In this document: piece after piece, positions 37,231-51,700 of the stretch
How the letters are laid out: each line of letters opens with the position of its first letter
Position numbering within the stretch: position 1 is the first letter of the stretch
Assembly (NCBI RefSeq): GCF_964355755.1
Contig: NC_092672.1
Span: 35,656,437 to 35,720,436, forward strand
Reading direction: 5' to 3'
Length of the DNA stretch: 64,000 bases
Source: Antedon mediterranea
Taxonomy: Eukaryota; Animalia; Echinodermata
Notes under the pieces: model-generated
The model's input: the letters and a program-made list of their open reading frames with translations, nothing else
Database searches by the model: none
Told to the model about the DNA's origin: nothing
Made by a program: the position numbers and the translations under genes

Positions 37231-38649
37231 CCCCTGTAACCACATCCTTCCATGCTGTAACCAAGACACGTCAGTGCACTTAATCGACTGTAGGTACTAA
37301 ATACACAACACAAAGCCATACTTACTACAAAGGTTAAGTTTATGCAAACATTTTAGTTCTGTGTCCATCACACTACTACGATAGAAAAACATATTGAAAA
37401 TCAATTTACCAGCAGGTCACTCAATATATCAAGTCAATAGTCACACTAACTCTCTCAGGAACATCAGTTAGTTAGCGCAAACAATACACAGCAAAACCAT
37501 TTTATTGTGTTAACAGTGTTCTAATTTTAGTGGTAAACGAAGTATTAAAACAAAAATCCACCAATTGATAAGATCTATATACTGGAGTATCCGGTATTAT
37601 GTTTCTTCATCTTCATAGAGGAAGTAACTACAAGGCATATACCATAATTATGAATTAAATTCCTCCATCACCATCATAATATGGCTGTCCATCCATTCCA
37701 TGCTTCAAATATTATAATCGGGACAACCATAAAATAGGAGCTGCATCTCTTTTTATAATTATCTTCACAAAATCGAACGTTAATTTACACACTGATTTGA
37801 AACGCGTATTTTTTTAAATAATTAAAAATGTAGGCCTATATATACTCACGGAACTATATTCCAAAATGCCGGATTATCAGGTGAATTGAAAGAGAATGCA
37901 TCTCCGGTGCCTTCTTTGCTTACGATAGTGATAGTCTGATCTTATCTCAAAACATAAACAAGGCGGTAGATAACTTGCTTAGCATCCACCCGATAGAGGG
38001 CGGCAATATCATTTTTTAATTAAACAGATAACATTTTTCTTGCAATAATACAAATACTGTATATAAACAATAATTTTAATAATATAATATTTTATTATAT
38101 AAGTTGTACCAATTAGGTAGGATTTATATTAATATTTAGTTTTCAATGGAACATTTTTTAATAATCAGTGAAGGTGGGGAGGGGGAAATTTAAATAGTAA
38201 AGAATTACAATATATAATAGTAAAATATGACAAATTAAAATTAATAAAATAATAGATAAATAGGCCATTTAAAACACAAACAAATAAAATTATTATAAAA
38301 GACAAAAGAATGCAACTAAGCTGTAGAGGTCTTAAAATAAACCGTTCAATTTAATTAATCTATACTTTTTTGTTTTAATTACAGGGGGATTTTTCAGTTA
38401 AATAATTTATTTGTCGATCCAATTTTTGGTCAGCGAAATAAATAACTATCCTGTGACATTAAAATATCATATTCAACAAAACAAATTGTTATAAAAAAGT
38501 TTTTTTAAGAGGACATAAATCTTAACACACACAAAAATTTTTTTTCGTTTGATAATACAGACAAAATTTAATGGGAATTGAGGGCGCTATACAATAAAGA
38601 ACGGGGAAAATCAGAAAAATGAAAACACGTATCCAAGTTTTTCACAACT

Positions 38650-41600
38650 ATGGAAATCTTTCTACAATTTATGGTATTTTATCTGTTTCTAGGGGTAACA
38701 TGTATAGAATCGATACGAAAAGTTGAATCTAATCAGAAAAATGTACATCGTACTCATATTTTTAACAAGTTACACAAGGCAGACGTTAAACTTTTGTGGA
38801 ATAAAGAGGTAAAGCCTAAAGGAGGCTAGGCCTACTAGCTGTTTACAGTTTACTCTCTTCAGCAGCAGCACTTCTACCTTGACAAACAGTCAACTACACA
38901 ACAATGATTAGTCATGATTGAACTAGGCCTACTAGTAATACTTATTAATTACTAATGGCGTAGTAGGGCTAGCTAGAGTTGGCAGTAGGAAGGAAGTCTA
39001 AAGGAAAAAGAGTAAAATATTAATAGTGAATTTTATTGTATAAATTATCTTTCATTTATGACATGTATGATGGGAATCCTGTATGATGTGTACTCTACTT
39101 TTTTTTTTATAGATGTTGCAGCAAACGAAGAAACCAATACATTCCAACGCAATTAATACAAAAAATAGAGAAAGTACTACAAACTATTATTTTAATATTA
39201 ACGAAAATTATGCTACACAAAAGCCTTTGAAGAATTTACGAAAAAGACAATTTTTTGGAGTTGGTTTTCCTTACCAAAGAAAGTTTAGAAAACTGGATTT
39301 TGAGGCTGACCATAAAAGAATATCAGGAAATGTTGTGTTACAAAATGCTGAGAAAAGTGGAAAAAAAAGAACAAACAGTAAACAAATTGAGAATCGACAT
39401 CACATGGATAAAAGAGAGGTGCTTCCAGACTCTAAGGAAAATAAGAACGAAAACATACCTTCCATCAAACCACCTTCCGACAATCCATCAATGACCACAG
39501 TAAAAGAAGCTGAACATACAACCCCTACCATAAACAAACATTACAGTACATTATTGGATGTTAAACCTATAGCACATACAACAACACGTACAACAACACT
39601 AGATAAAACAACACAAAAAGAACCACATAAAACTCCACTACATAAAACAACAACACAAAAAGCACCACTTCTTAAAACAACACATATAACACCACATTTA
39701 CACACTGAAATGAAAAGTAAATCTAGCAGAGCCATACGCAAGACATTACCCGTCACTGCTATTCCGCAACAAACCACGAAAAAAATCTTACATGGCGCCC
39801 CTACAGACGGTATCCACTCAAATGTGGAAGAGCTTCAAGAACGTAAGACCCAGTGTAAAGACGGACATTGCTTTTTGTCAAATGCCCCTGGATCCCGATT
39901 CAGTGATGGAACTTGGGCCGTTGCCAGTATGATGTTCATTTTATTGTTGTTGACGTTTTCTGTATTGTACACAGGCTTGTGGAAGAAAAGAAATAGTTTT
40001 ATTTACGGATTTAAAAACAGAGATGATGGTGCTGCCTCTCAACAGTATAATAAAACTACCGTTTCTGGTAAATAACATTCAATTTTGATTTATAATTATT
40101 TTTCATACAAAATTCAGTCACAACACGGGTTAGTTGCTACAGTGTCTTGTCATGTAACCATGTACCTATAAATTAGATTTATTTATAGGTCCATGATGAA
40201 ACCCAAAGCATGTTTTGTCACATGTGTGTGTTTGGCCAATCACAAGTCAGCATCTGATAAACACACAGTATACTAAAACAATATCCTTTTCTATCATCAA
40301 TTGTACAATACATAGCATTTTATTGTATTACAAAAACATCAGCTGTTTATACATACGGTAGTCTATTCTGGCTCTGCTAATTTTTCTGGCTGTTTTACTT
40401 TATTGTTTTGATTTAGCTTTTCGCTTTTTTTTTGTATCTCCATTGGGATCCAGCCACTGATACCCACAACATTGTCATTTTTTCAGTGCTTATTTTATTT
40501 TGTATCTCCATTAAGATCCAGCCACTGATACCCACAGCATTGTCATTTTGTATCTCCATTGGGATCCAGCCACTGATACCCACAGCAGTGTCATTTTTTC
40601 AGTGCTTATTTTATTTTGTATCTCCATTAAGATCCAGCCACTGATACCCACAGCATTGTCATTTTTTCAGTGCTTTTTTTATTTTGTATCACCATTGAGA
40701 TCCAGCCTCTGATACCCACAGCATTGTCATTTTTTCAGTGCTTATTTTATTTTGTATCTCCATTGAGATCCAGCCACTGATACCCACAGCATTGTCATTT
40801 TTTCAGTGCTTTTTTTATTTTGTATCACCATTGAGATCCAGCCTCTGATACCCACAGCATTGTCATTTTTTCAGTGCTTATTTTATTTTGTATCTCCATT
40901 GAGATCCAGCCACTGATACCCACAGCATTGTCATTTTTTCAGTGCTTTTTTTATTTTGTATCACCATTGAGATCCAGCCTCTGATACCCACAGCATTGTC
41001 ATTTTTTCAGTGCTTATTTTATTTTGTATCTCCATTGAGATCCAGCCTCTGATACCCACAGCATTGTCATTTTTTCAGTGCTTATTTTATTTTGTATCTC
41101 CATTGAGATCCAGCCACTGATACCCACAGCATTGTCATTTTTTTTAGTAATTTACCTTTAGATTTTTAGTCCATTCTATTAACACAGGTTTTCATCACTA
41201 CTCTTGCTCAACTGGCATTTAATACATAATTTGTTATACATAATAATACAGAAATTCATAGCATTCATACTTACAATTATTAAATACTGTATTGATTAAA
41301 GAACATGACGGCTGTGAAACCTAAGCCATCCTTTAAGGTCATTGGTGGCATAATAAGAACAAAAAGTAGCGGCAGCTGGTAACACATGCTATCTCACACC
41401 ATGTTATAAAAATAACTATTGCGTTAAATAATATTTCAATGCTTTGAATTGAATGTAGTACATTTACAGATTATTTTGAGTGTTAAGATTATTCTTAATG
41501 AAAACCTTTCGTTGTTAACATTTTCTATTCGAATTATTATTATTATCTTTATGTGGATTTGAAAGGAAAAATTTTAATAAAAAAATAATAATTTATTTTT

Positions 41601-41922
41601 TGCTGTGGAAAGACACAATCCTACCTGAGTTTATAACAAAACATGGTACTATTACATTCATTCATCTTTTATTTCGGAATACCATGACACAATTATATCC
41701 ATAGCAACAACAAAATAATCTAAAAACTCATAGGGGTTACATACAAGTAACTATTTTGCTTAAATACGTAAATTTTCTTTTTTTTTCTTAGATGTCCTCA
41801 GACGATTTAACGTAACAAAAAAGAAGGAAATGCTTCGGTTAAAACGCATGTTTGGTGGTAAATATAACAGATTACCGTTACACGAAGGCAGCGATATTGA
41901 AGAAGATGAAAACAGTGTGTAA
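38650..41922 (+). CDS. Uncharacterised type-I membrane protein with Thr/Lys/His-rich ectodomain; exons 38650-38808, 39113-40067, 41792-41922
   Basis: Signal peptide MEIFLQFMVFYLFLGVTCIES; Thr-rich stalk; CKDGHC; TM WAVASMMFILLLLTFSVLYTGLW followed by KKR; tail ...GGKYNRLPLHEGSDIEEDENSV*. GT-AG junctions in frame. Confidence 0.8.
40371..41146 (+). repeat. 68-bp tandem array (about 10 copies) with a unique leader
   Basis: Unit TTTGTATCTCCATTGAGATCCAGCCACTGATACCCACAGCATTGTCATTTTTTCAGTGCTTATTTTAT. Confidence 0.95.
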
Positions 41923-44189
41923 TGTTACAACACCAAGAGACTGCTTTAAAGGTCTGTCTACACTATCAACAAAATATGATGTGCCCATATATAGACATGA
42001 TGATGTCAACACACTTTCTTTTTGTCAAACTAGTTGATAGTGCAAACAGAGCTTTAGCTATTAACATTTTAAATAATTCCGGTACCCAGGTCACACTGTT
42101 GGGTTAATCAGAATTTGGATGTTTTGATTTTCTATTCTCACTGTGAGAGTTGTATTACTCGGTGTGAAAGGGGGTGTACATAGTGTACAGATTGTGGTTT
42201 ATAAAATACAAATGTTGTGATGTGTGAAGGAGATGTAGTGAATTGAACTATACTTATACAAATAATTTTACATAAAAATGAATCAAAATAAGACACAGTA
42301 AATTTAGTACAATATTTATATGACCTTTTTAATATTACTTAACGCTGTCTACACTATCATACTTGTGATGTGCCCATATATGGACATGATGATGTCATAG
42401 CACTACAATATTTAGGCATATCACTACCATATACCACTTTTTTTGTCAAACTAGTTTGATAGTGTAGACAGAGCTTAGGTGTAGGCTCTATATACTGTAA
42501 GTATGTGAGACAGCAAATGAAAGTATATGTATTTTATATGCTATGCCTTGTTGATTTCTGTAAATGAAGTACCATAATTTTATAAAATAAACAAAACTAA
42601 AAAGAGAGATCTGCCTTGATAGAGTGCCTTTGACAGATCAAATGACAAATTTGTTTAATATTTAAATATACCGTATACTGTTTATTTTTCAATTTATATG
42701 GACAAATATTTACACGATATACATTAATTTGATATACGTTAATTTGTATAGCTCCAGGTAGTATGTCTCTAGGGTTAAGTTTGATATGCTTATAATACAG
42801 TACATTGTTTTTAACAGTAAATGCTGATTATTAAATAGTGGGTATGATGATACTATACAGGTAGAACGATTTACATCAAAAACAAATAAGTATTACTACT
42901 AATTAGTATCAGTAAGATTGTTCTTCCAATGGAGTGCTATATTTAATTTTAAATCTCTGTCTACACTATCAAACTTTATGTAACAATCATCATGTCCATA
43001 TGGGCATCACATTTTTTTTGACACAAAGTTTAACAGTGTAAACAGAGCTTAACAGAGGCTACTCTACTGAATATCTTTCAAAAGCATGTTTTAATGCTAA
43101 ATTTAAAGTCTCATCTGAAATGTTGTTATAACTCTTTCGACTTCTGAGTCTGTCATTGTAAAGTGCAATCCTTACAATATTTATGTATATAGCAAATCTA
43201 GCACCGTATCTGACAGAGTATAATCACATCCTCGAGTATAATCCCACCCTCTCATTTAGGCTAAATTCAGATAAGAATTAATATAATCCACTGTAGTGTC
43301 AATCCAGATATAATCCCACCCCCAAATCTTCATTCATACTTTGTCATATACGGTAATTATAAAATGTTGAGACATATGAAACTTGATTATTAAAATACTG
43401 AAATAAATAAATTACGGTGCAGTAAAAACAAACTTTTGGGAAAAGATTTTTGAGAGTTGGTAGACATTGATATAATATCGATGATTTGTTTAAATATTAT
43501 TATTTTGTAAGCATGAATACTTGTAGTAATCTATGTTTTGTTGAATTTTAAAATGAAAATAAGTAGCAATATTTTTTTGATAATTTGCTGTGAAGGCAAA
43601 TATTTTTGTCTTTTAATTATTTTGTTTTTGTAATTAAAATAATTTACAATTGTGTGTACTATTATAAACCCCCACCCATCTTTTGTATGTTATTTTGTTA
43701 TATTGTAATATATTGTTATTGTAATTTTAATGAATAAGTTCATAAGTTATAACTCTCCCAATGTTTAGCCTTAAAATACTGGTTTATCCTGGAAGGAGGA
43801 GGGAGGGTTGGTTAATGGAGTGTTGACAACGGTGGTGATATTAAGTTTTAATTTTAAAAAATTGTATAATTGCAATACATTTAATTTATTATAAAAATAT
43901 AATAAAAAAACATTCACCTATGCTTTTTAATTTAATTTTGTGGTGGTTATTGTTTGTAAAAATATTTAAATTGATGTGTAAATATGAAAACATAATTTTG
44001 AATACTCAGTAATAAAAACAGTATTATATTAATACTAAATATATAAATATACCTGATTAAATTATAGTGTTAAATTTATGTTTTTTTGTCCAATTTAATT
44101 AAATGTGTTTATTTTTCTAAATTATATTTGTATAAATTACAATACAATAGCCTGTTGTACCAATGTCTTCTGATACATACAAGAGCGAA

Positions 44190-45033
44190 TACAGTAGACC
44201 TCTATTAAGAGGACACCGTCAGGACCCAACAAAGTGTCCCTTTAATATGGGTGTCCTCTGAGTAGGGGTTGGCCGTAGTGTTAAAACATATATTGCATTT
44301 ATTACACAGGAAAGCGTTCCCTGAATATAAGGGGTATCTACTTAGGGGTGTCTACTTAGGGGTGTGTCCCTGAATATGGGGGTATCTACTTAGGGGCGTG
44401 TCCCTGAATATGGGGGTATCTACTTAGGGGTGTGTCTCTGAATATGGGGGTATCTACTAAGGGGTGTGTCCCTGAATATAGGGGTATCTACTAAGGGGTG
44501 TGTCTCTGAATATGGGGGTATCTACTAAGGGGTGTGTCCCTGAATATGGGGGTATCTACTAAGGGGTGTGTCCCTTAATATGGGGATATCTACTTAGGGG
44601 TGTGTCCCTGAATATAGGGGTATCCACGTTGGGGTGTGTTCCCTGAATATAGGGGTATCCACTTAGGAGTGTGTCCCTGAATATAGGGATATCTACTAAG
44701 GGGTGTGTCACTGAATATGGGGGTATCCATGTTGGGGTGTGTCCCTGAATATAGGGGTATCCACGTTGGGGTGTGTTCCCTGAATTTAGGGGTATCTACT
44801 AAGGGGTGTGTCCCTGAATATAGGGATATCTACTTAGGGGTGTGTCCCTGAATATAGGGATATCTACTTAGGGGTGTGTCCCTGAATATAGGGGTATCCA
44901 CGTTGGGGTGTGTTCCCTGAATATAGGGGTATCCACATTGGGGTGTGTTCCCTGAATATAGGGGTATCCACTTTGGGGTGTGTTCCCTGAATATAGGGGT
45001 ATCCACCTTGGGGTGTCTCAGAGGAGATACAGT
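44190..45033. repeat. About 33-bp G-rich minisatellite (GGGGTGTGTCCCTGAATATRGGGGTATCTACTWA)n at about 44315-45015, inside a probable Tc1/pogo-type MITE
   Basis: About 20 units; left end TA-CAGTAGACCTCTATTAAGAGGACACC with GTGTCC subterminal motifs; right end degenerate. Confidence 0.8.
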
Positions 45034-45713
45034 ATGATATTAATCAATGTATAGTGTGTGATTGGCACTTCCTTTTTTATGCTCCAACAAAGTTTCTATG
45101 TAAAATGTTATATCTTGAATAAATAATCTTTTAATATCAATCTGTGCTATATAATATGTTTCTGTGTGGATTAGTAAAACATTGAACAACATATAAATAA
45201 TTACCATATATGATTGAGTTTAGTCTTAAGAAACATTATTATAACACACACACACAAAAGGTTACAGTACTACACTTGGCAAAATAGAATTAATTTTGCC
45301 AAGTACTAAAAGAAAATACTAAGTCATAGGGTATGAGATTATAGTCGGATTGGATTAACAATTTAATTATTAATAACTTGTGTCATAAATTAGGTGGGAT
45401 ATACTTGAGCATGGAATTATATTTAGTCATTAAACAGTCAACAATTCCAACAAAAAAATAAGTGACTGAATTAATTATTATATTGCATTTCTAGTATAAT
45501 ACTAAAGGTCACTCTCACAATACTACAGAGTGAATGAGATCAGCCTTGCTAAAAACAAACAAGGTAATTAGCATAATGTTACAGGTGGCATGAAATACAA
45601 ATGTGTTATTATGAATCCAGTTTGGTATCATCAATTATTGGATCAGAGGTCACTCCAATCAATTTATACACGTGAATATTCTGATTCATTTTTGTATGGA
45701 AGTATTTCAAAGC

Positions 45714-48700
45714 TTATGAGTATTCCTGATGTAATAGTGAATTCATATAATGTGAGATTTCTTGACAATCTGGAGATTGTAACATGTTCACTTGCAAGTT
45801 TAAATCGTTCTCCACTTGTTTTTTATCCTACAAAATAAAAGATGCAAATATCATTGTGCGGTGCTTAGTATTATTACGATAAATTAAGTTCCACACTTGA
45901 TTATTTTCCACAAACAAATTAAAAATAACATTTGGTATACTTTGTTCTGTTCATTGAGGTTTGGTGTTAACAAGGAATTGGGTTCATGCTTACAAATATG
46001 TATAACCCAAGGGCCCAATCTATATTGAATGTTGTGGGGGGAGGGGGAGACAGAAACTTAGGGAGTAAAGCTCTGTCTACACTATCAAACTAGTTCAACA
46101 AAAAAATGTGATGTGCCCAAATATGGTAGTGATATCCTTAAATATGGTAGTGATATGACATCATCATGTCCATATATAGGCACATTACATTTTTTGTCAC
46201 ACAAAATTTGATAGTTTAGACAGAGCTTAAAAAACATTAATATACAAAAAAAAATGGAAACAATTCGAGACTTAGAACACCATTCAAGTTCTAGATAATT
46301 AGCAACGAATATATAATATAAAAGATAAATCCCAAGGCAAAGTACTGAAAAAATGACAATGCTGTGGGTATCAGTGGCTGGATCTCAATGGAGATACAAA
46401 AATAAAAAAAGCACTAAAAAAATGACAATGCTGTGGGTATCAGAGGCTGGATCTCAATGGTGATACAAAATAAAATAAGCACTGAAAAAATGACAATGCT
46501 GTGGGTATCAGTGGCTGGATCTCAATGGAGATACAAAATAAAAAAAGCACTGAAAAAATGACAATGCTGTGGGTATCAGAGGCTGGATCTCAATGGTGAT
46601 ACAAAATAAAAAAAGCACTGAAAAAATGACAATGCTGTGGGTATCAGTGGCTGGATCTCAATGGAGATACAAAATAAAATAAGCACTGAAAAAATGACAA
46701 TGTTGTGGGTATCAGTGGCTGGATCTCACTGGAGATACAAAATAAAATAAGCACTGAAAAAATGACAATGTTGTGGGTATCAGTGGCTGGATCTCAATGG
46801 AGGTACAAAATAAAATAAGCACTGAAAAAATGACAATGCTGTGGGTATCAGTGGCTGGATCTCAATGGAGATACAAAAAAAAAGCGAAAAGCTAAATCAA
46901 AACGAGAAGTAAAACAGCCAGAAAAGTTAGCAGAGCTTTATATAAAAGATAAAATATATAATAAATGGTCAAACAAATAGTGTCATTATAGTACATGTGA
47001 TTTAAGAGAATTTAAATTGCAAAAAATTTCTAAAGTAAAAGAATTTTTAATATTTAAAAAAAATGAAAACCTTTTATTTTTTCATTATTGACTGAAAGAA
47101 ACAATTGTATAACTTACAGCAAAATAACCGACAGGATTTGGCAGTGGTGGTAGGCCCAGCTGATCTACATAAGGATCCTCTAAGACTGGATGTATCTTAG
47201 AAAAGAAACAAGAAATTTGTTTGCTAAATATACAAATAATTATAATATTCTTTCTTTTTTTTATTTCAGAAATATCATCCAATATTAAAAATACAATTAA
47301 CAATATCAAAACTAGTTGTTTATAAATTAAAATATTTGAAAGTTAACTTACTCCTATATCATTATTATTTTCAGCATCCCCAACTCTATTTTCAAAAGTT
47401 GTTAACTCTTCTTCTTTTGCTTCTATCAATCTTAAATGAAATTTTACGGATCAAATAAAATTCCGAGGACAAACTTTTACGCTATCATTAAACTAGGACA
47501 TTAGTAATGCATGGTTCCCACAATGACATAACGCAACATAAGGGGTTTGACCAATCACAAGCGATGAATTATTCAAACTGTTGCTTGTCATTTGTCAAAT
47601 TTCTTGCGTCTCTGTCTTTGCGCTGCGTCCTATTGGTTAACTTTATTAAAACTGCAAAATGGCCCATTCAAAGTCTTTCTGAAAATAATTTCATTTTTCC
47701 TGTTTTTGGTTAATGATAAAACATTTTTTATTAAGGATTTTCTTATCGTTTCTGTTTATAGATTTCTCATTCATAATAATACTGCATGTGACCTACTTTT
47801 CCATTCGTTCAATTTCTTCATCCAGTGCTTCTGATTGTACTTTATTTTCTACAAGTGTTTCTTCTAGTATACTCTGAAACAATAGGCAAGAAAAATAAAT
47901 AAAAGATAAAATAATTTGCAGAGAGAAGAGGATGAAACACAGTGCTAGTTCTATGAGAGATTTGTTGGTTCAAATTGCTCCTTCATTAGTACTGTACCTC
48001 CATGGGTCAATGGCTAATACAAACCCATGACGACAAGAATATAAACCCTCTTGGTAACTGGTCAGTTTTACGAAATTTAATATCTACATTACAAGCTCTG
48101 TCTGCATTATCAAACTTTATTTGACAAAAAAATGTGATTATGATATGGACATGATGATGTCATATCACTACCATATTTAGGCATATTGCTACCATATTTG
48201 GGTGCATCACACTTTTGATAGTGTAGACAGGACTACTAATGTCTAGCATAACTGAATTCGGGCTAAAAAAATGTGATGATATGGACATGATGATGTCATA
48301 TCACTACCATATTTAGGCATATTGCTACCATATTTGGGTGCATCACACTTTTGATAGTGTAGACAGGACTACTAATGTCTAGCATAACTGAATTCGGGCT
48401 AAAAAAATGTGATGATATGGACATGATGTCATATCACTACCATATTTAGGCATATTGCTACCATATTTGGGTGCATCACACTTTTGATAGTGTAGACAGG
48501 ACTACTAATGTCTAGCATAACTGAATTCGGGCTAAAAAAATGTGATGATATGGACATGATGATGTCATATCACTACCATATTTAGGCATATTGCTACCAT
48601 ATTTGGGTGCATCACACTTTTGATAGTGTAGACAGGACTACTAATGTCTAGCATAACTGAATTCGGGCTAAAAAAATGTGATGATATGGACATGATGATG

Positions 48701-51700
48701 TCATATCACTACCATATTTAGGCATATTGCTACCATATTTGGGTGCATCACACTTTTGATAGTGTAGACAGGACTACTAATGTCTAGCATAACTGAATTC
48801 GGGCTAGTACTGGCATGATAGTTATTATTATGATGACCATGTGCTCCATGAGCTACTATTAAATACTTACACATTGTTGTTGTAGTTTCTTGTAATCTTT
48901 CATGGGTGGCACTTTCAAACTTGTTAGGTTTCTCATTATCCTAATGGATAAAATAAAAGAAAGGAGAAATCATAGATTATAAACATTACCTAACAAGTTT
49001 TTTATAATACACATGTACACTGACCAACTGCTTTATGTCCCATCAGAAGGATGAGGCAATGAGATTAAAGTATCTTGCCTAAGAATACAAGTAATATGGC
49101 ACAAACAGGTCTCAAACCTATGCCTCTCACATGTCAGATATTCATTACTATTACGCCACACCACTCTTAAAATCTTGGTTGGTTGAGTCAAGGCAATCTA
49201 ACAACAGGACACAGAGCTCGCCTTGCTGAGATAGGAACTCGTAAAAGTCCTTTGATCTTATGTCAGACAAATACCAACAGTACTGTACTATGTTCATATT
49301 CTCCATGACATGCAATCTCGGTTAAAGGGGCGTGGAACTGATCATGTTGCAGCCACAGATAAACCCTTTGATCTCCGGAGCTCAGCATCATGTTGTTAGA
49401 ATGCCTTGGTTTGGTTATGTGTTAGGTGAGAAAGCGGTCAAATCATTGGCCTACCTCTGTTTTAGTTGGCCCAGTTGAGCTTGTATCTCCTGGTATGAAG
49501 AGTCTTTGACTTTAACAAGGACACAGCTACAGTACCATGACAGACAAAAGATAGAATAGTTATTTGTAAATATTATTCAAACATGTAATCTATACTATAA
49601 GAGAGAGCGTATTTGTATTTTTGTTTATTCTATTATTTTACACGTATCCATACACATGTCTTGTCTTGTCTTCTTCTTTATTGTATCAAACAAAAACAAT
49701 TTCAATACAAAAGGTAGCCAAGATATAGCAGAAGCTAATCAAGCTTGGTACCTTTTATCTTAACTAACTTAAGCTACGAAATTAACAAATAAATAACAGA
49801 ACTTAAAAGAAAATTAAAAAAACGTCAAAAACAAAACAAAACATTTTGAATAATAAATAAATAACATAACATAAAGTTCTGTATGTACTGTACTGTAATA
49901 AACAAAACCATATCAGTTCAATAGATAATATCTGATGGATTAACAATATATAAAACATTGTAAATTATAGATTATTCTTTTATATACTTAAATAAAAGTA
50001 ATTAGTTGTTTAGAGAAAGCAAATCTAGATGTAATTGTTCGTAATTCTAAAGGTAAATCATTCCAAAGTACAGTACTGCGAAAATTACAATTAAAAACCA
50101 GTGGGTTTATTTGGGTACAACAGATCTGACAACATTGTACCATGACTATAATTCACCAACTATACGACCCCGGGAGATGTGCATCATGGATTGTGTAATT
50201 TACAAAGAGTTATTGACGTAGGGGTCCTTAAAAAAAACAAAATCGTACGTCACATCAAAACAATGGTGTGTCAATTGCCCGTCACTTTACCACTCACTAT
50301 ATCATGAACAACATGGTCACAATATGTCATTATTCAAGTTTCAATTTATTTATCGAACACAAGAAGTAATACAGGTGATAAAATAAGAAGCATTGTGAAC
50401 GAAAGGAAGACCAAAAGAGCATAGCTCGTAACAGATGGTCAACAAAGGAATAAATAAAACAAAAATATTCTTCAAAATGGGTGCGTTTTTTATGCAGGGG
50501 TGCGTCATGGTATTCATAAGGTATGACAAACATAACACACCTCAAAAGGCTTCTTTTTCTCCATAGTCCTACCTGATTACACTGTCCAATATTGTGATGA
50601 TCTGTTCTTGACTGGCCTTTGTCATCACTTTCCATCGGGACAGCACCTTCCCTGATACCATCCTTTCCTTGTACGGTTCTATAGTTGAGTTGGCACTGAT
50701 ATTTGATTGACTAGTTTCAGTACTTAATATCTGTAAATTTAAAAACCAAACCTACTAAATATGTGAGATATTTGTTGCTTAAATATGTGAGATTTTCATT
50801 GACTAAATATGTGAGATTTTCAATGTCTAAATATGTGAGATTTTCAATGCCTAAATATGTGAGATTTTCAATGCCTAAATATGTGAGATTTGCAATGCCT
50901 AAATATGTGAGATTTTTAATGCCAAAATATGCGAGATTTTCAATGCCTAAATACGTGAGATTTTCAATGCCTGTGATTTTTCATTGTCTAAACTCTAAAT
51001 AAGTTTCTTTCTCTAAAATATGTGACATTTTCGTTGTCTAAATATTTGATTTTCATTCTCTAAAACATGTGACATTTTCGTTGTCTAAATAAATGATGGA
51101 TGTCTGTATTGAATAATTCAGGGACGATTCGGCCCTGAGACGATTCGGCCCGGGACTATTCGGCCCACTTTTGGGCCAAAACATCCCACTTTGTGGACCG
51201 CAAAGGTCTCACTTTAGACCAAATTCATATTCATTTTTTTTTGTATTTATCAAGTTTTTAAAGGTTTTTAACAATCCGTATTTTATTTATATTGACAATT
51301 TTGATATAATATATATAATAAATTACTAAAAAAACGTAATTTTATATTCAATTTATTACTTCGAAAACCTTGTTTATTTCGTGAATTCGCCAAGCGGTCA
51401 ACAGAGGGCGTAACTTGTTTACATCGTGCGCGTGACTAAAAAATGATCAATGTTTTCAAAATGTTTGCTTTATTGCATCTTTATCCCTAGTAGTGCTACC
51501 CCATATTCTCTCTGAAAATAAAGTTTGGGGAAAAAAGCTTATTTTATACTTATAAATGCATATCAAAGCCGATAAATTTAAGTGTGCCGAATCGTCTCAG
51601 GGCCGAATCGTCCCGGGCCGAATAGTCCTGGGCTGAATCGTCCCAGGGCCAAATCGTCTCAGGGCCGAATCGTCCCGTTACCGAAATGGCCGTATTGAAT

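Noticed and set aside
37068-37319. RG-rich 83-aa ORF
   Set aside because: Derived from the 15-bp GC-rich tandem repeat.
50763-51002. (PKYVRFSM)n ORF resembling an RFamide neuropeptide precursor
   Set aside because: No signal peptide, no Gly-Lys/Arg amidation sites, and it is an intronic DNA tandem repeat.
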